Assembly (NCBI RefSeq): GCF_964355755.1
Contig: NC_092674.1
Location: 9,362,001 to 9,426,000, forward strand
Direction of reading: 5' to 3'
Source of the DNA: Antedon mediterranea
Taxonomy: Eukaryota; Animalia; Echinodermata
DNA: 64,000 nt
A program made the translations under genes and the position numbers. Of the stretch, positions 39,258 through 50,934 are shown one piece after another. Below the pieces are notes generated by a model. The model ran no database searches, was not told the origin of the DNA, and was given only the letters and a program-made list of their open reading frames with translations. Position 1 is the first letter of the stretch. Each line of letters begins with the position of its first letter.

Positions 39258-40090
39258 AGTTTGTATGTTACAGCTGTTTACCAGCTAGGCCTACAAAACT
39301 TCGGTCAATAAGAGGATATTCGACACAAGCTACTTTGTTAGTTAGTGAATTGTTTCTCTCTTTTTACCATAATTTATCATTTAACATAAGAAATGACCTT
39401 GTTTAATGTTTTTAAAGTAATATAGGGCTATGTATTATTCTTACAAAACGTAAAAAAATTGTAGGGATAGGGTCTTCTCTAAGAGCAAGAATTATAGTCT
39501 AGCTGCTGTACTGTAATATTGTTTTCATTACATTTTCATTTGTAGAATTTCATAAGTTTATAATTTTGCAGCAACCCGATACAATGTATTTGTACACAAA
39601 ACCCCCTTTTTCTTTAATAATTACTTGGATCGCTCTCACCGTAAGGGGAGCATGTGTGAAACGGTAATTCTTATGATGAACCGGTAACGATATGCATGAA
39701 GGTATGTGTTTAATAAGCAATCCTAGGCCTATAGGTGATTAACATAAACATTAAAAAAAATAATAATCAATATAAATATAATATTTATAAGATTCAAGAA
39801 ACATTTTTCTGTTGCCAAACACAGCTGTCAATTAAACCCAATTAATTTACAAGTTGGTTACAATTTCGAATTTAGCTGCCAGCAGTTGTTTTCAGCAGGA
39901 CTTCAATAAGAAAGTTTATCGTAATAAACTGCTGTTTATTACTTATTAGGCCTAATACAATTACTTTTTATAAAAAAATATGTTTACCGCCACTAGGCCT
40001 AGCACTACTGCTGGTGGTTTTGTATTCAAAACACTCAACACGTCGAGATAAACAAAAACAACACAAAACACAAGGACGGTGGGTACATAC

Positions 40091-40411
40091 CATGAGATTT
40101 GGATGAGGCTGGCAAGAAGCATCGCCATTTAGGTCTTTCTCAACTTTCGGGGCTCTTAGTTGTCCTTCTTGTTTAACCCTACCGTGACAGTTAGTTTTGT
40201 TGTTTTTTGCCTTACTCTGATAATAACGAGTTCGCAGTCTCTCGGTGTCTTGTTGTTCATGGGCATTTTTCGCTGACATTCTAGCTTCATACGAATTATT
40301 GTGCAAATCTGACTGGCGTCGAATTCGATCAATTCGTTGCTTTAGCCTCTCCTGAATTGTATTTACAACATTCTGTCTCTGTTGCGGGGAAGACATAATG
40401 CAATCCCCCAT
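40091..40411 (-). CDS. MAML: Mastermind-like coding exon 1 (107 aa), containing the N-terminal CSL/NICD-binding basic helix
   Basis: MGDCIMSSPQQRQNVVNTIQERLKQRIDRIRRQSDLHNNSYEARMSAKNAHEQQDTERLRTRYYQSKAK aligns without gaps to the Mastermind pattern ERLRRRIELCRRHH...RYE.......E.Q.T..L..R..Q.KAK. The MGD start resembles vertebrate MAML2/3; GTATGT donor. Confidence 0.85.
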
Positions 40412-40819
40412 TTTACCTGTGAAATCCAGTTGAGCTGTTTTTATTCCACCACACAATTAAAATAGACGAAACATTCGAAGGTACTCATTTCTCCACACTG
40501 TGTGTTGGTAAACTCGACTCGACGCACTTGAACCTCCAATCTTTCGGTCAAATCTGTCCGACATCAATGCTTTATTATTATTCATGAGCTGGAGCTAGGA
40601 ATCGTTCAACGCGCATACTTTGTCACTCGACTTACAAAATCAGGACACCTCCGCGGAATAAAGCAACAACAAAAAACGTTTAAGAATGCGGTTTCAAACT
40701 TATTTCTTTACAAATGATTGAACAATTGGAGTTATCTAGTACACATGTTGAATCAGGTTTTATCTGAATCATAAACTTAGTATGGTATCCTTAATTAATT
40801 AGTGAAAAAGCATGATAAG

Positions 40820-40930
40820 TTTTGCGGAAGTGACAAAATACTCTCTCGTTCGCTTGTGGACCGTACCACTTTTAAGTAGGGCTTTCCGAAATAATGGGTC
40901 GCTGATGGCTAGAATTATGTGACGTCATAT
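40820..40930 (-). promoter_or_regulatory. Candidate mastermind promoter elements (ETS-like site and full CRE)
   Basis: GCGGAAGTG at 40824-40832 and TGACGTCA at 40920-40927, in a CpG-retaining stretch 0.4-0.5 kb upstream of the ATG; the TSS is not determined. Confidence 0.35.
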
Positions 40931-41280
40931 TTAACCCTTGTCCTTTTGTAAAAATTGTTTTAGCCGGAATAACGCGTCAATTTGATTTCTGACGTTTCTA
41001 AGTCTTAGAAAATGTATTTTTACTAAACGTATATTGTACAGTGCATTATGAATTAAACAAACAAGTATTTTGATGAGGTTTTTTTATAATTATTGGCTAT
41101 CATTCTCCAACATTAATTGCCATAGATCGATTTGGCTTACAATATTTATTTCGTGGATCAAATAATTAATTGAAAATAGGGCAACAAGAATATTTTTTTA
41201 TTAAATTTTGCACAAAATATATTGCGCTAGACTAGACTACGCGGAAACAAATCGGAAGTCAAATCATTTTCCGCGGTGCT

Positions 41281-41378
41281 GTGCGTAGGAAACGCTCATC
41301 CGATTTGTAGCTTACGCGGGCGTTCAGGTGTGCGTAGTAAACGCTCATCCTATTTGTAACTTACGCGGGCGCGTTCAG
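41281..41378. repeat. 49-bp CpG-rich tandem duplication in the divergent intergenic region
   Basis: GTGCGTAG(G/T)AAACGCTCATCC(G/T)ATTTGTA(G/A)CTTACGCGGGCG at 41281 and 41330. Confidence 0.9.
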
Positions 41379-42441
41379 TACAGTACTTCTATTACAAAAA
41401 AAGCGTAAATATGTATAAAAAAAATTAATAAGGTTAAATTAAATTAATATCACGATAAATTTTCATAATTAAATGTGGTCAAATACTGTATATAGTTTAC
41501 CGGTATTAGGCATTGGTGTCTTTGAATATTCATATACTAACACTAAATACAAAACAAGGAATGAATAAATACCGCAAAACATCGAAAATAGAAAAAAGCA
41601 GGCATTTGGAACGCAAATAAATGGTATCATTAATTTCTCATTGCATCCCCAGAAGAGGATATACATCCTGAGTGGCCCCTTAAAACTTTCGAAATGTTTT
41701 GAAACATTTCCTAGCAGGTAATAGTGTTTAATTTGAATTAATTAATAATAGGATACATATGTCTTACTTTAAACTGATGTATGTTGTGTACATTCTATTC
41801 AGGCACTATTTCGTAAACAAATAAATCATTATTTACCAAGTATTTTGATATGAGACAATTTTTTTTAAATGAATTTAAAAAGAGGATAGTAATATGAAGT
41901 ATATATAAACATATAGTATTAATATGTAGTAATCGTGATAATTAGCAAATATTTTAGATCACAAAAGAGGAGAAAAAAAGAACAAACAATACAAATTGAA
42001 AATATTATATAATAAACACGGGAAGATAATTCACTCTTCCCTTTTTAAACATTGCTTTGTTCAAATCAATTCAATTAACATTCATATATATATATATTTA
42101 TATATTATCATTCCTAGTTATCTATTGTTGATACAGTATTATTTTTCATTTATTAATATTAGGCCTATAATAGAAAATAAACGCAACTGGAGAAAGCTTT
42201 ATTATTTCACATAAATTTTATTTTCACCCTTTATTGTTTACATTGACAACAGTTCCATAGAAGTTACTTTAAAAATAAATTTGCTGAAGATTCCTAGTAA
42301 ATGAACTGGTTATGTTATTTCGCGATCAAAGTGTAACATTTCCGTGTGCTTAGTCATAGCTGTTGAATTATAATGTACATTTACTGGTTTGCTGATTAGC
42401 GCCCTCTAGAGTTAATGAAAGAAGTTTTATAGCCAAAGTTA

Positions 42442-42601
42442 GGCTCTGTCAACACTGTCACACTTTATGTGACAAAAAAAATATGATGTGCTCATATATG
42501 GACATGATGATGTCATAGAACTACTACTATATTTAAGCATAGCACTACCATATATGGGCACATCACACTTTTTTGTCGAAGTAGTTTGTGCAGACAGAGC
42601 T
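42442..42601. mobile_element. Harbinger-like MITE family A, full copy
   Basis: TTA|GGCTCTGTCAACACT ... CAGACAGAGCT|TTA; the internal sequence matches family A. Confidence 0.85.
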
Positions 42602-43292
42602 TTACCATTATTATTTATTACAATGCTATCTAAAAATATAACATTAATTTAATTTTAAAAATTGTAAAAAAAAAATAAAAAAAATAATAACATTATTGTC
42701 CAAATTCGATGATATATATCATAATATGTGGCGTTACAGTACAGGGAATCGTTTGTTGATCATCAAATGTCGATGATCTTCCAATGTATTTATGTTTAAA
42801 ATTCTGCACCACAAATAGAATCTCCTCATCTGACTTTTACCATGATTTTGCTAAATCAACTGCTGAAGCTTTGTGAATCGACCACAATAACAAAGGACGA
42901 TTGGATTGGTGCGGTCGATCGAACCAGCCATCGCACGCACCTCTGGTTGGTTGTCAGTTTTGCGGAGCTAGATTCGCAGGTCAATAACGATTTTCGCACT
43001 TTAACTCCAAGCAAAAACGGGAAACATTTGCATAATCACAATACCAATATCACATTTTGATATTTTTGACTGGAAGCTGAGTGATTGTTTCGATCTTCTG
43101 GTCCTGGACACGTAGCAGCAATCATCTATTTGGTTCGTTCAGAAACTAAAACACCAAATACCAAATGTGTCCTCAATTTTAAGCCGTGAATATCTAAAAA
43201 AGACATGTGTATGAACACATATGATGTTTAAAGTGAAATAGTTGCTAAATTATTAAGGATTGCAGATTTTAGGTTAAATAAAAGGCGACGAA

Positions 43293-43364
43293 ATGACTTT
43301 GATTAGGAAATGCCTTTGGTGTGGTGTTCGCCGAGGTTCAATCTGTGCTGCCATCTCCTCAATG
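43293..43364 (+). CDS. LAPTM/DUF7027-like tetraspan membrane protein, exon 1 (MTLIRKCLWCGVRRGSICAAISSM)
   Basis: ATG at 43293; Cys-rich CxxCxVRxG start typical of LAPTM4-like proteins; GTAAGT donor, phase 0. Confidence 0.75.
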
Positions 43365-44235
43365 GTAAGTATGTTTATGTTAGTACAGTAATACATTTTT
43401 CGATATTTTGTATTTTTTATGAGAGCATCCTGTCTTTTCCCTTAAATTATTTGTAAGTTAAATGTGTATGCCAAAACGGTTATCATGGCTGTATCTACCA
43501 TAAACTAAAAAACATTTCGGACGGATTCAATTCAATTCAACTTTATTTAACTACGAAGGCCCAGCAGAATACATGGTTTTAAAAGTACAAATACAATTGA
43601 AACACCTTAAATAATATATTATAATTTAAAAAGAGGATACTAATATGAAGTATGCATAAACATGTAGTATTAATATGTATTAATATGTATTAATATGTAT
43701 TATCTATAGGCCTATACCAAAGTATTATTATGTATGTAAATGACAGAGGGCGTAAAGGGTGTATAACACATAATATATTTATTTATATAAATAGTAAAAA
43801 CACAGAGCTACTACAGTACTAAGTTAGGCTAAAGAACATTATGTTAAGCAATAATTCGTCACGTTTAAGACGGCCTAAATGTTAGGTTATGCACACAGAA
43901 TTTCAGTATTATGTATATCGAACCATTTCTCAATTATTGTACAATAAAATCACTTTCGTTATTATATAGGCTACCGCAGTAATGTTGAACATCGATATAC
44001 GTTTTATACAACCATGGTGGAATTATTTATTATTTATTATTTTCCTCCATAATATAACATTGTTTGAAATGTAAGGCATTAGGCCTACTGAAAAATGACA
44101 ATGCTGTTGGGTGTCATTTGCAAATCTCAAGAGGTACAAATAGGACCTAAGCTAAATCAAAACGGTAAACCAATACTCAGAAAGTTACAAACTTTTTGGA
44201 AAACACTACCTTTTATCAGAGCTAATGCAAATCGA

Positions 44236-44411
44236 GATAATAATAATATTATAATTTATATAGCGCCTAATGTTTTGAAACCTCTAAGCGCTGAACATTA
44301 TTACCCCAGTCAATGTTCTGGGGGATCAAACACGTATGGAAAGATACTCCCATAATGCAGCTAGTAATCAGGCAAAGCTGTGCCTTGATCTAATCAGGTT
44401 CCCATTTATAC
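44236..44411 (-). mobile_element. SINE 3' fragment (CORE-like body, LINE-type tail)
   Basis: Minus strand GTATAAATGGGAACC...GGGGTAATAAT...AGCGCTTAGAG...GGCGCTATATAAAT followed by a (TAT)n-like tail. Confidence 0.55.
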
Positions 44412-46704
44412 ATACACATGTAAACCAAAAAATAATCACAGATATGAAGTAATTATACCATACTGACTGAGACTGCAGTCTGTACACTAATAACATCCTT
44501 GACTTTAACATGAACTGTATTTTATTCGATTGTTACATTTTCTCCAATAAATTATTGTAAAATGCCGCACATGCACATGCGACTTCAAACGAAGTGAAAT
44601 TTAAATCCGGGTTGTGAGATTGATAAAAAAAAAGGTTCACTATTGACTTGCACGGGGACATGCGCAAGTTATCACTGAGTGAGAGATGCTTATCCAACTA
44701 AATATCAAAAAGAGAGAAGAGGGAAGTAAATTCAACTGAGTAAAATGAACGCTGAACTTCAACTAATGTCAGCATCTTTTGCATAATTTTAAAGCTTAGG
44801 AGGTGGCTGTTTGGGTTATGTGAGAAAGAAAGGAACTACAGTCTAACTTATTCGTATTTATATATTTATATATTGTTGATTGTGTTGTCTATAGTTTAAA
44901 TATTTGTTATTGTGTAATACATAATTATGCAATTCATCCATGTGCTGCCATGTATGTAGCCTACGTTTAAATGTGAATTTTTGAATAAATATACCGAGAT
45001 ATAAACTCACTGAGAGTGGGTGTGTATATTGTAAATTCGAGGAACTTTACGAATATAAACCGAAGTGGGATGTGATTGCACAAAAAACGGACGGAGGCCC
45101 AGAATTAATTATATAACTGTTGTATTAGTTCTTTATTTATGTTTTTCCTATGCATTTAGAGTGGTAATTTTTAGATATTATAATTATGTACTTTATAAAT
45201 GGATACATTTTATTACGGTGCCTCTAAATGTAAGTGTAAGTATAAATATTAAAAAAACATTTAATTTACACTGTAGATTAACTTCTTCCCTATAAATTAA
45301 TTCTCTACCCTAATGAAACAACAAAATAATTTGTCTATCCATTATATCTATATGTTCTATATTAAGAGCATCTATACCTTGTGGGTAATTTCTCAATTTG
45401 ATTTACTTCGATCTTGTCGCTATATCATGGCCTTCATTTGGTTACCAGGCTGACAAATATCATCATAATTTCATAATGACGAATGATACGATAGGTTTGG
45501 ATTTTATTAATTTACAATATTCATGAATATTAAATAATTAACACAGGAACCACAAAGCAATATTAAGCGTCTAAATTGTTTTGTGAAAATATGTAATATG
45601 AATGCCTTTTTTTAGTAGCGTAGCTCAAGTAGTATTATTTAATGTAGGCCTTCCCGGTAGTAATCAAATAAAATCAAACTTAGGCATATATTAGCGAAGA
45701 GATCTTCTAAATAGACGTCTATATAATATAGGTTTCTTTGTTTATTTTCACACAATATGAAAATAATACAAAATGTAAAGTAATAGGTGTGTGAGGAATT
45801 GACACAGTCATAGAGTTTGAACCGCCAACAATAAATAAATACGTAATTCATTCATTCATTCAATTCCTTTATTTCGGATAGTACAAATCATAAAAAAAAG
45901 AGAGACAAATTTCACCAGGAAATTAACAATAGCATCTTCCACACAAAACAACCTAAAGTATCAATTTGCACCAACTCTGATGCAGGATGGATTGTGGAAG
46001 TACGTTAGCTATTGTCTGAATCAGACTATTACAACTGTCATGAAGTCTGTTCTTAAAACTATGAATGGAGTTACTCCAATATTCATAGAATGAGGGAACG
46101 TTATTCGGTACAAATTGTTAGAATCAAGATCAAAACAGATTCTATAGGATCAATATGCCTAGAGCATTGTCACTCCATACCCTATTGTTACCAATCGAAT
46201 CGAATTGTGTGTAAAATCGAATTTTGAAATGCATACACACTGGTTTACTAAAAGCACGATGTGTATAGTAGTTTGTCTATCATAATCGATTTTAAATTCC
46301 ATCGTCCTGAATTCAAATCATTTGATAAATGATGTTGATCACTGAAATGATGATATAATGCTCTTTATCATCAACATCACGACATAAACAATACATTCAT
46401 TATCATCAGCAAGATTGTTAATCCATGGTTCGAACCCAGACTTTGGAATTAGAAAACCACATGCATGAGATGATGACCATTCATTTGAATAGTGTCCTTA
46501 GAATGTGAACAGGATAACTTTTAGTTTGAACTCTGACCTTAGAAATAGAATTCATGTTTTGTATTATGCAAAAGACCTCTGAACTAGACTGTCATGCTAA
46601 TTATTATACTTCTGTAGGCTACTACTTACTCCAGCTGCTACAACTTCAACATCGGTACCGTACCATTTCAATCTTCGTCACAACTGTATTCTTTTTTGTT
46701 ACAG

Positions 46705-46768
46705 GTATATTGTGTTCTTACCTTCGTATGTGCTTTCTACGCTCATAAACATATTCGAGTTAAAGACG
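46705..46768 (+). CDS. Tetraspan protein exon 2 (VYCVLTFVCAFYAHKHIRVKD)
   Basis: ttacAG acceptor and GTGAGT donor, phase 0 to 1; completes TM1. Confidence 0.75.
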
Positions 46769-46849
46769 GTGAGTATTAATTCTTTATGTACAGTATAACT
46801 GGTTATAAGTTGATATTGATAATAAGTAAGGAGGAATATTCCAATAATG

Positions 46850-47093
46850 AGTGAGTGTCCGAGTGGTTAAGAGAGTGGAACCGTAATTACGTAGCCATAA
46901 CATCTGCAAAAGTCTTCTCGGATAAGGACTATAAACCGTGCACTTTAAAGAACCTAGTACACAGAGAAGGGGTTACCTCGGTGTACTAGTACACATCCAG
47001 CTCCAGTCACTGTCATTCACAGTCACTGGTTGACCAGTCTTTGACTGAAGAGGTCACCCAGCATAAAGAATTGAAATAAATAAAATACAAAAT
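46850..47093 (+). mobile_element. tRNA-derived SINE with a Deu/Nin-like central domain, internally deleted
   Basis: A-box-like GTCCGAGTGGTTAAG head; GGATAAGGACTATAAACCG...TAAAGAACC...AGGGGTTACCTCGGTGT core; A-rich tail. Confidence 0.65.
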
Positions 47094-48183
47094 AGGAATA
47101 TTCTCTCTCTATGCACATTCTTTATCCTAAGAAGTACTAAGAAGCGTTTCTTTCAGGAATTATTTCCTCTCTAAGCAAATCCTTTATTCTCTATAAGATG
47201 AAAGCGTGAATTATAGCCAAAATACTACTTTTTATAGATATTGTCAGCCTTTATAGTCTTTTGAAACTAAAAACTAAAAATATCTCATAAAGTAACCTCA
47301 TGCCGGCCTAAGTTAATTGCCCCAGAGTAAAACCTTTCTACCAATCAATACCGTGTTCGCAATTTTAAAAGCTTAAGACTGTTTTCCATCTAAGATAAAA
47401 TATTCGCTCGAGTTGAACACTTCTGAGCTCTGATTAGTTACGCACTTTTTCACGTCACAACAAATAGATGGAAATAATGAAAACACATGCGCGCCAACGC
47501 TTTCTATTCGCGTTAATTGATTTGCCTCGTGGAAAACAGTCTTCATGACAATCAATTATGTATATCATTCTACATTACAAATATGTACTGCGGCACCATA
47601 CTAACTAGATTAAAACAAGCTAAACAAACTGACTATGTACTTTTGTAGGTCGGATTATCAATACAATTTAAGGAAAATCTTACAACATAGATAGACCTAC
47701 TGGCACCTCATTGCTGGTACTATAGAACCCCTTTAAAGGGATACCTTCGGGACCCAAAAACAGTTGATAGTGGTATGTCTTCTGAGTAGGGGCTGGTCAT
47801 AGTGTTTAAATGGAATTACATTTTTTTGTAAATATGTGTTGCTATATAAAACATAATTTGCTGACGTTTTAATTTTATTTGAGTGTTACGTTGTACCACT
47901 GAAAGAAATTAAGCAAAGAAAAAAATATGGATACTGTCTAAAATTAAACAATATTATAATACATACTTTATTTCAAACAGATTCGTAATAACTCCTTTCT
48001 AAGAAATAGGCAGATACAATTAAGTCGATAAATCGTCCGTTATCATAGGTGTTTTTTTAATTTAACATATTTACTTGATGGTCCCTTCACAATAAAATGT
48101 TTAGAAACTATAGAGACCACACATTTTCTATTTCCGTTAAAAGTTTGATTACGGTACTAAATTTAGTTTATTTCTTGTTTCAG

Positions 48184-48278
48184 AACTTGAGGAATTGAAG
48201 TGGCTAACTTACGTTACATTTATATTCTCAGTGATGAACTTCATTGCATCAATGCTGGTCATACGAGGTATAATGGAT
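48184..48278 (+). CDS. Tetraspan protein exon 3 (ELEELKWLTYVTFIFSVMNFIASMLVIRGIMD)
   Basis: tttcAG acceptor and GTAAGT donor, phase 1 to 0; encodes TM2. Confidence 0.8.
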
Positions 48279-48364
48279 GTAAGTCATTAGAAATAGCTCA
48301 ATACAATAATAATTGAACACTTTAAAGCTGTCTGATATCATGCTAGAACTATCACTCTATGATT

Positions 48365-48850
48365 TAGGTGCGGTTTTTCAACATAGAAAACTTTTGCAAA
48401 CAAAAGAAGAAAGAACTTTTGTTTTGCCGCGAGTTTGCCGACTCACACAAACTTACTTAACTCAAAGATTGTAAACTGAAGTTTCCTAGTGTAGGCTATA
48501 GCAGCTTCACATCGACAGTGATTGAGTTCTCTGTTGGAGTCCTCCGCGTCTAGTGTTATTAGGCTTATTGTTTGTATTTGTTCATGTACAATTTCGGAAT
48601 AATTTGAATTGAATTGAGCTTAAGAAACTTTATGAACATTTTGTTTTTGATGCGAGGTTTTACGACTGACACTAGCAAACCTTGGAAACATTTCGGTCCA
48701 AACTCAGAGATTGTAAACTAAAGTTGCCTAGTGTAGACTAGCTTTAGAAATTTGATAGCACTTCTTTGTTTTGCTACGAGTTTGCCGATTGACAAACTGT
48801 TAAAGACTTCTTTCCTAATTCTGGAAAGTTTGCTGGTGTAGACCAGGTTA
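48365..48850. repeat. Three degenerate direct copies of a MITE-like unit filling intron 3
   Basis: TTTTGC..CGAGTTTGCCGA...AAGTTT.CTAGTGTAG recurs at about 48420, 48645 and 48770. Confidence 0.55.
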
Positions 48851-48871
48851 AATATTACTTAATCTTTGCAG

Positions 48872-48979
48872 GATCGACGTGATTCTCGTATGCTTTTGAT
48901 ACCATTCATTGTGTTAATGACCATGTTTGTCGGTGTCCAATTGGTAGGCTGGGTTCAGATTATACTTACGGTTAAAATT
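48872..48979 (+). CDS. Tetraspan protein exon 4 (DRRDSRMLLIPFIVLMTMFVGVQLVGWVQIILTVKI)
   Basis: ttgcAG acceptor and GTAAGT donor, phase 0; the LLIPF motif at the start of TM3 resembles LAPTM-family LIPF/LIPW. Confidence 0.85.
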
Positions 48980-49143
48980 GTAAGTAAATAACCATAGTAT
49001 TTTTAATTATACATACATTGTTTCAGTTACATTATCTTTATTACCATAGAGCTATAATCTTGATTTTCATCATCATTGCTGCTATCATCATCCTTATTAT
49101 CGATCATCACAGTTATAAACATAATCATTTGATATTGATATAA

Positions 49144-49286
49144 AGCCTTTCCACTAGGCGAATCGAAAGCGTCAGCTTATACGCATGCGTATTCATGTTC
49201 CATCTTTGAAATCCCTCTCTACGCATGCGCATAAGCTGACGCTTTTGATTTGGGAGAAACAAATTCGCCTAATAAAAAATAGGTTT
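49144..49286. mobile_element. Palindromic MITE remnant
   Basis: TAGGCGAAT/ATTCGCCTA outer pair and AAAGCGTCAGCTTAT.CGCATGCGT / ACGCATGCG.ATAAGCTGACGCTTT inner pair. Confidence 0.65.
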
Positions 49287-49791
49287 TGGCCTAAGTAGAA
49301 GCTCTTCTATAGCTAGTTTCCATCCATCCCACTGTGAACCTTGCTATTTTAGCTTTCACACCAATCCCACCAAATTGCACGTATATTTCCAGTTTCTTTG
49401 TTTTTCTGCATCTTCACTCCTCAGGAAGATCAAAGTATGTTGATCGAATCGTTGAGAAACTCAAAAGTTATTTTCAGAATTAATATTCGTGCTGAACCGC
49501 AAACTTTATATCAACATTTGATTTCGCCATGCAAATCCTCAAACAATAATCATTATTATCATAATCATCATACATCATCATCCTCATCATGACCAGCAAC
49601 ATTTATTTCAACTGAAGCGCTTTATTAGGTATGAATATGAAAACATTTTCATGTGGGTATATTTATTAATAACAGAACAACAAAAGTGCCATGTTTATGA
49701 TAATTCTAAACAGAAGAAATCTCTCAAAAAGAAGAAGAAGAAAGAATGCAAACCAGCGAGGATATTTATGTATTTTAATTTTTTCTTTTAG

Positions 49792-49833
49792 CTTATTGTA
49801 GCAATTATGTATCTACTAGGCACCTGCTTTTCT
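49792..49833 (+). CDS. Tetraspan protein exon 5 (LIVAIMYLLGTCFS)
   Basis: Long polypyrimidine tract plus tAG acceptor and GTGAGT donor; 42 bp, phase 0; start of TM4. Confidence 0.75.
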
Positions 49834-49999
49834 GTGAGTATTATTTAGTTTTTTACATAGCTATGATATTTGTGTTGCTAACTGAATGATACCTTGATAT
49901 AATGCCGATTCCATTCAAATCGTCATTTACGGATACCAGCATGCACTACTTATATTACCATTGAAAAAATAATTGGAACCTTTCAATATAACTTTTCAG

Positions 50000-50080
50000 A
50001 TTTTTATGAACTTGTGTGTTATTTCTCAATATCAAGAGCTAAAGGATGGCCGGGGAACAAAAGCAAGCTACAATACAACG
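50000..50080 (+). CDS. Tetraspan protein exon 6 (IFMNLCVISQYQELKDGRGTKASYNTT)
   Basis: tttcAG acceptor and GTACGA donor, phase 0; a CVxSxYQE motif follows TM4, as in invertebrate LAPTM-like tetraspans. Confidence 0.8.
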
Positions 50081-50319
50081 GTACGATTAATATTATGCAT
50101 TGTTTAAACTTTAGGAATAGGAGGAACATTCCATCACGCTCATTCCTTGGAAACGGGAAAATACAACCGTATCCGATATTATCTTTAACAGAAAAAATCA
50201 TCCTCAACATCACCATCCGAGGCGTAACTCCTTACCTCAAGTCGCAACAACTTTTATTATTATTTTATCACGACAATTTCTTAAGGTGAATAAGTTTTAC
50301 AACTTTTATTTATTTTTAG

Positions 50320-50934
50320 GAAGAGCCTCCTGTTATGTACATAGCTGTGTCGGACCGGATGACCCTTCCATTCTCGAAAGTTGGTTCAGATAGTGCTGCA
50401 GTATATACGACAAGAGTACCTTCTCCATTCGATCCCCCGATGTCGAACCAGTCTATGGGTGGGTCAAAATCAGTGGAACCGTCTCGCAGATGGACAGGAA
50501 TTGATTACGAATATCCCGCAAGACCACAGTCGTCAGCTGCGGGATCGTACGTACAGAATTTATGTCAGCACGACGGGGCATCAACCCAAACTGAATCTAC
50601 ATTCTTCTTCCCGATGAACACCACAGATAACAATGATGAAAACGATACTGTAGATGCGATTGTGGCATCCGCTCCGTCAGAAAGCGGTTCATACTTGCCG
50701 GTTGGTCGAGCACTTTCGTACCCGTCGACACCGGCCAACAACACGCCATATATGTCGTCGACGTTAAACCGTAGAACATTCGTTGAAACTCGCAACTCGT
50801 CTCGATCTTTGTCGTATTTGCCAGAAGTGGCTGGCAACCAACATCAGAATGGTAGTTTTGGCGTGAAGCACTTTGCGGCACCTCCACAGTATCATAGCAT
50901 CTCGATGAAAGAAAAGGTGGAGAGCATCGTCTGA
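50320..50934 (+). CDS. Tetraspan protein exon 7: long S/T/P-rich cytoplasmic tail ending ...APPQYHSISMKEKVESIV*
   Basis: tttttAG acceptor in frame with ORF 50335-50934; the joined CDS is 1077 nt (358 aa) with no internal stops. Confidence 0.85.
   Translation, partial: EEPPVMYIAVSDRMTLPFSKVGSDSAAVYTTRVPSPFDPPMSNQSMGGSKSVEPSRRWTGIDYEYPARPQSSAAGSYVQNLCQHDGASTQTESTFFFPMNTTDNNDENDTVDAIVASAPSESGSYLPVGRALSYPSTPANNTPYMSSTLNRRTFVETRNSSRSLSYLPEVAGNQHQNGSFGVKHFAAPPQYHSISMKEKVESIV

Larger units (their letters stand above)
7046..40090 (-). other. 33,045-bp phase-0 intron of the mastermind-like gene
   Basis: Donor ATG|GTATGT at 40091/40090 and acceptor tttcAG at 7046. I found no credible coding exon in between, but small internal exons cannot be excluded. 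Confidence 0.75.

Noticed and set aside
47649-47671. Possible extra tetraspan exon after ttttgtAG
   Set aside because: In the required phase it hits TAA after a few codons; exon 2 splices in phase to 48184.
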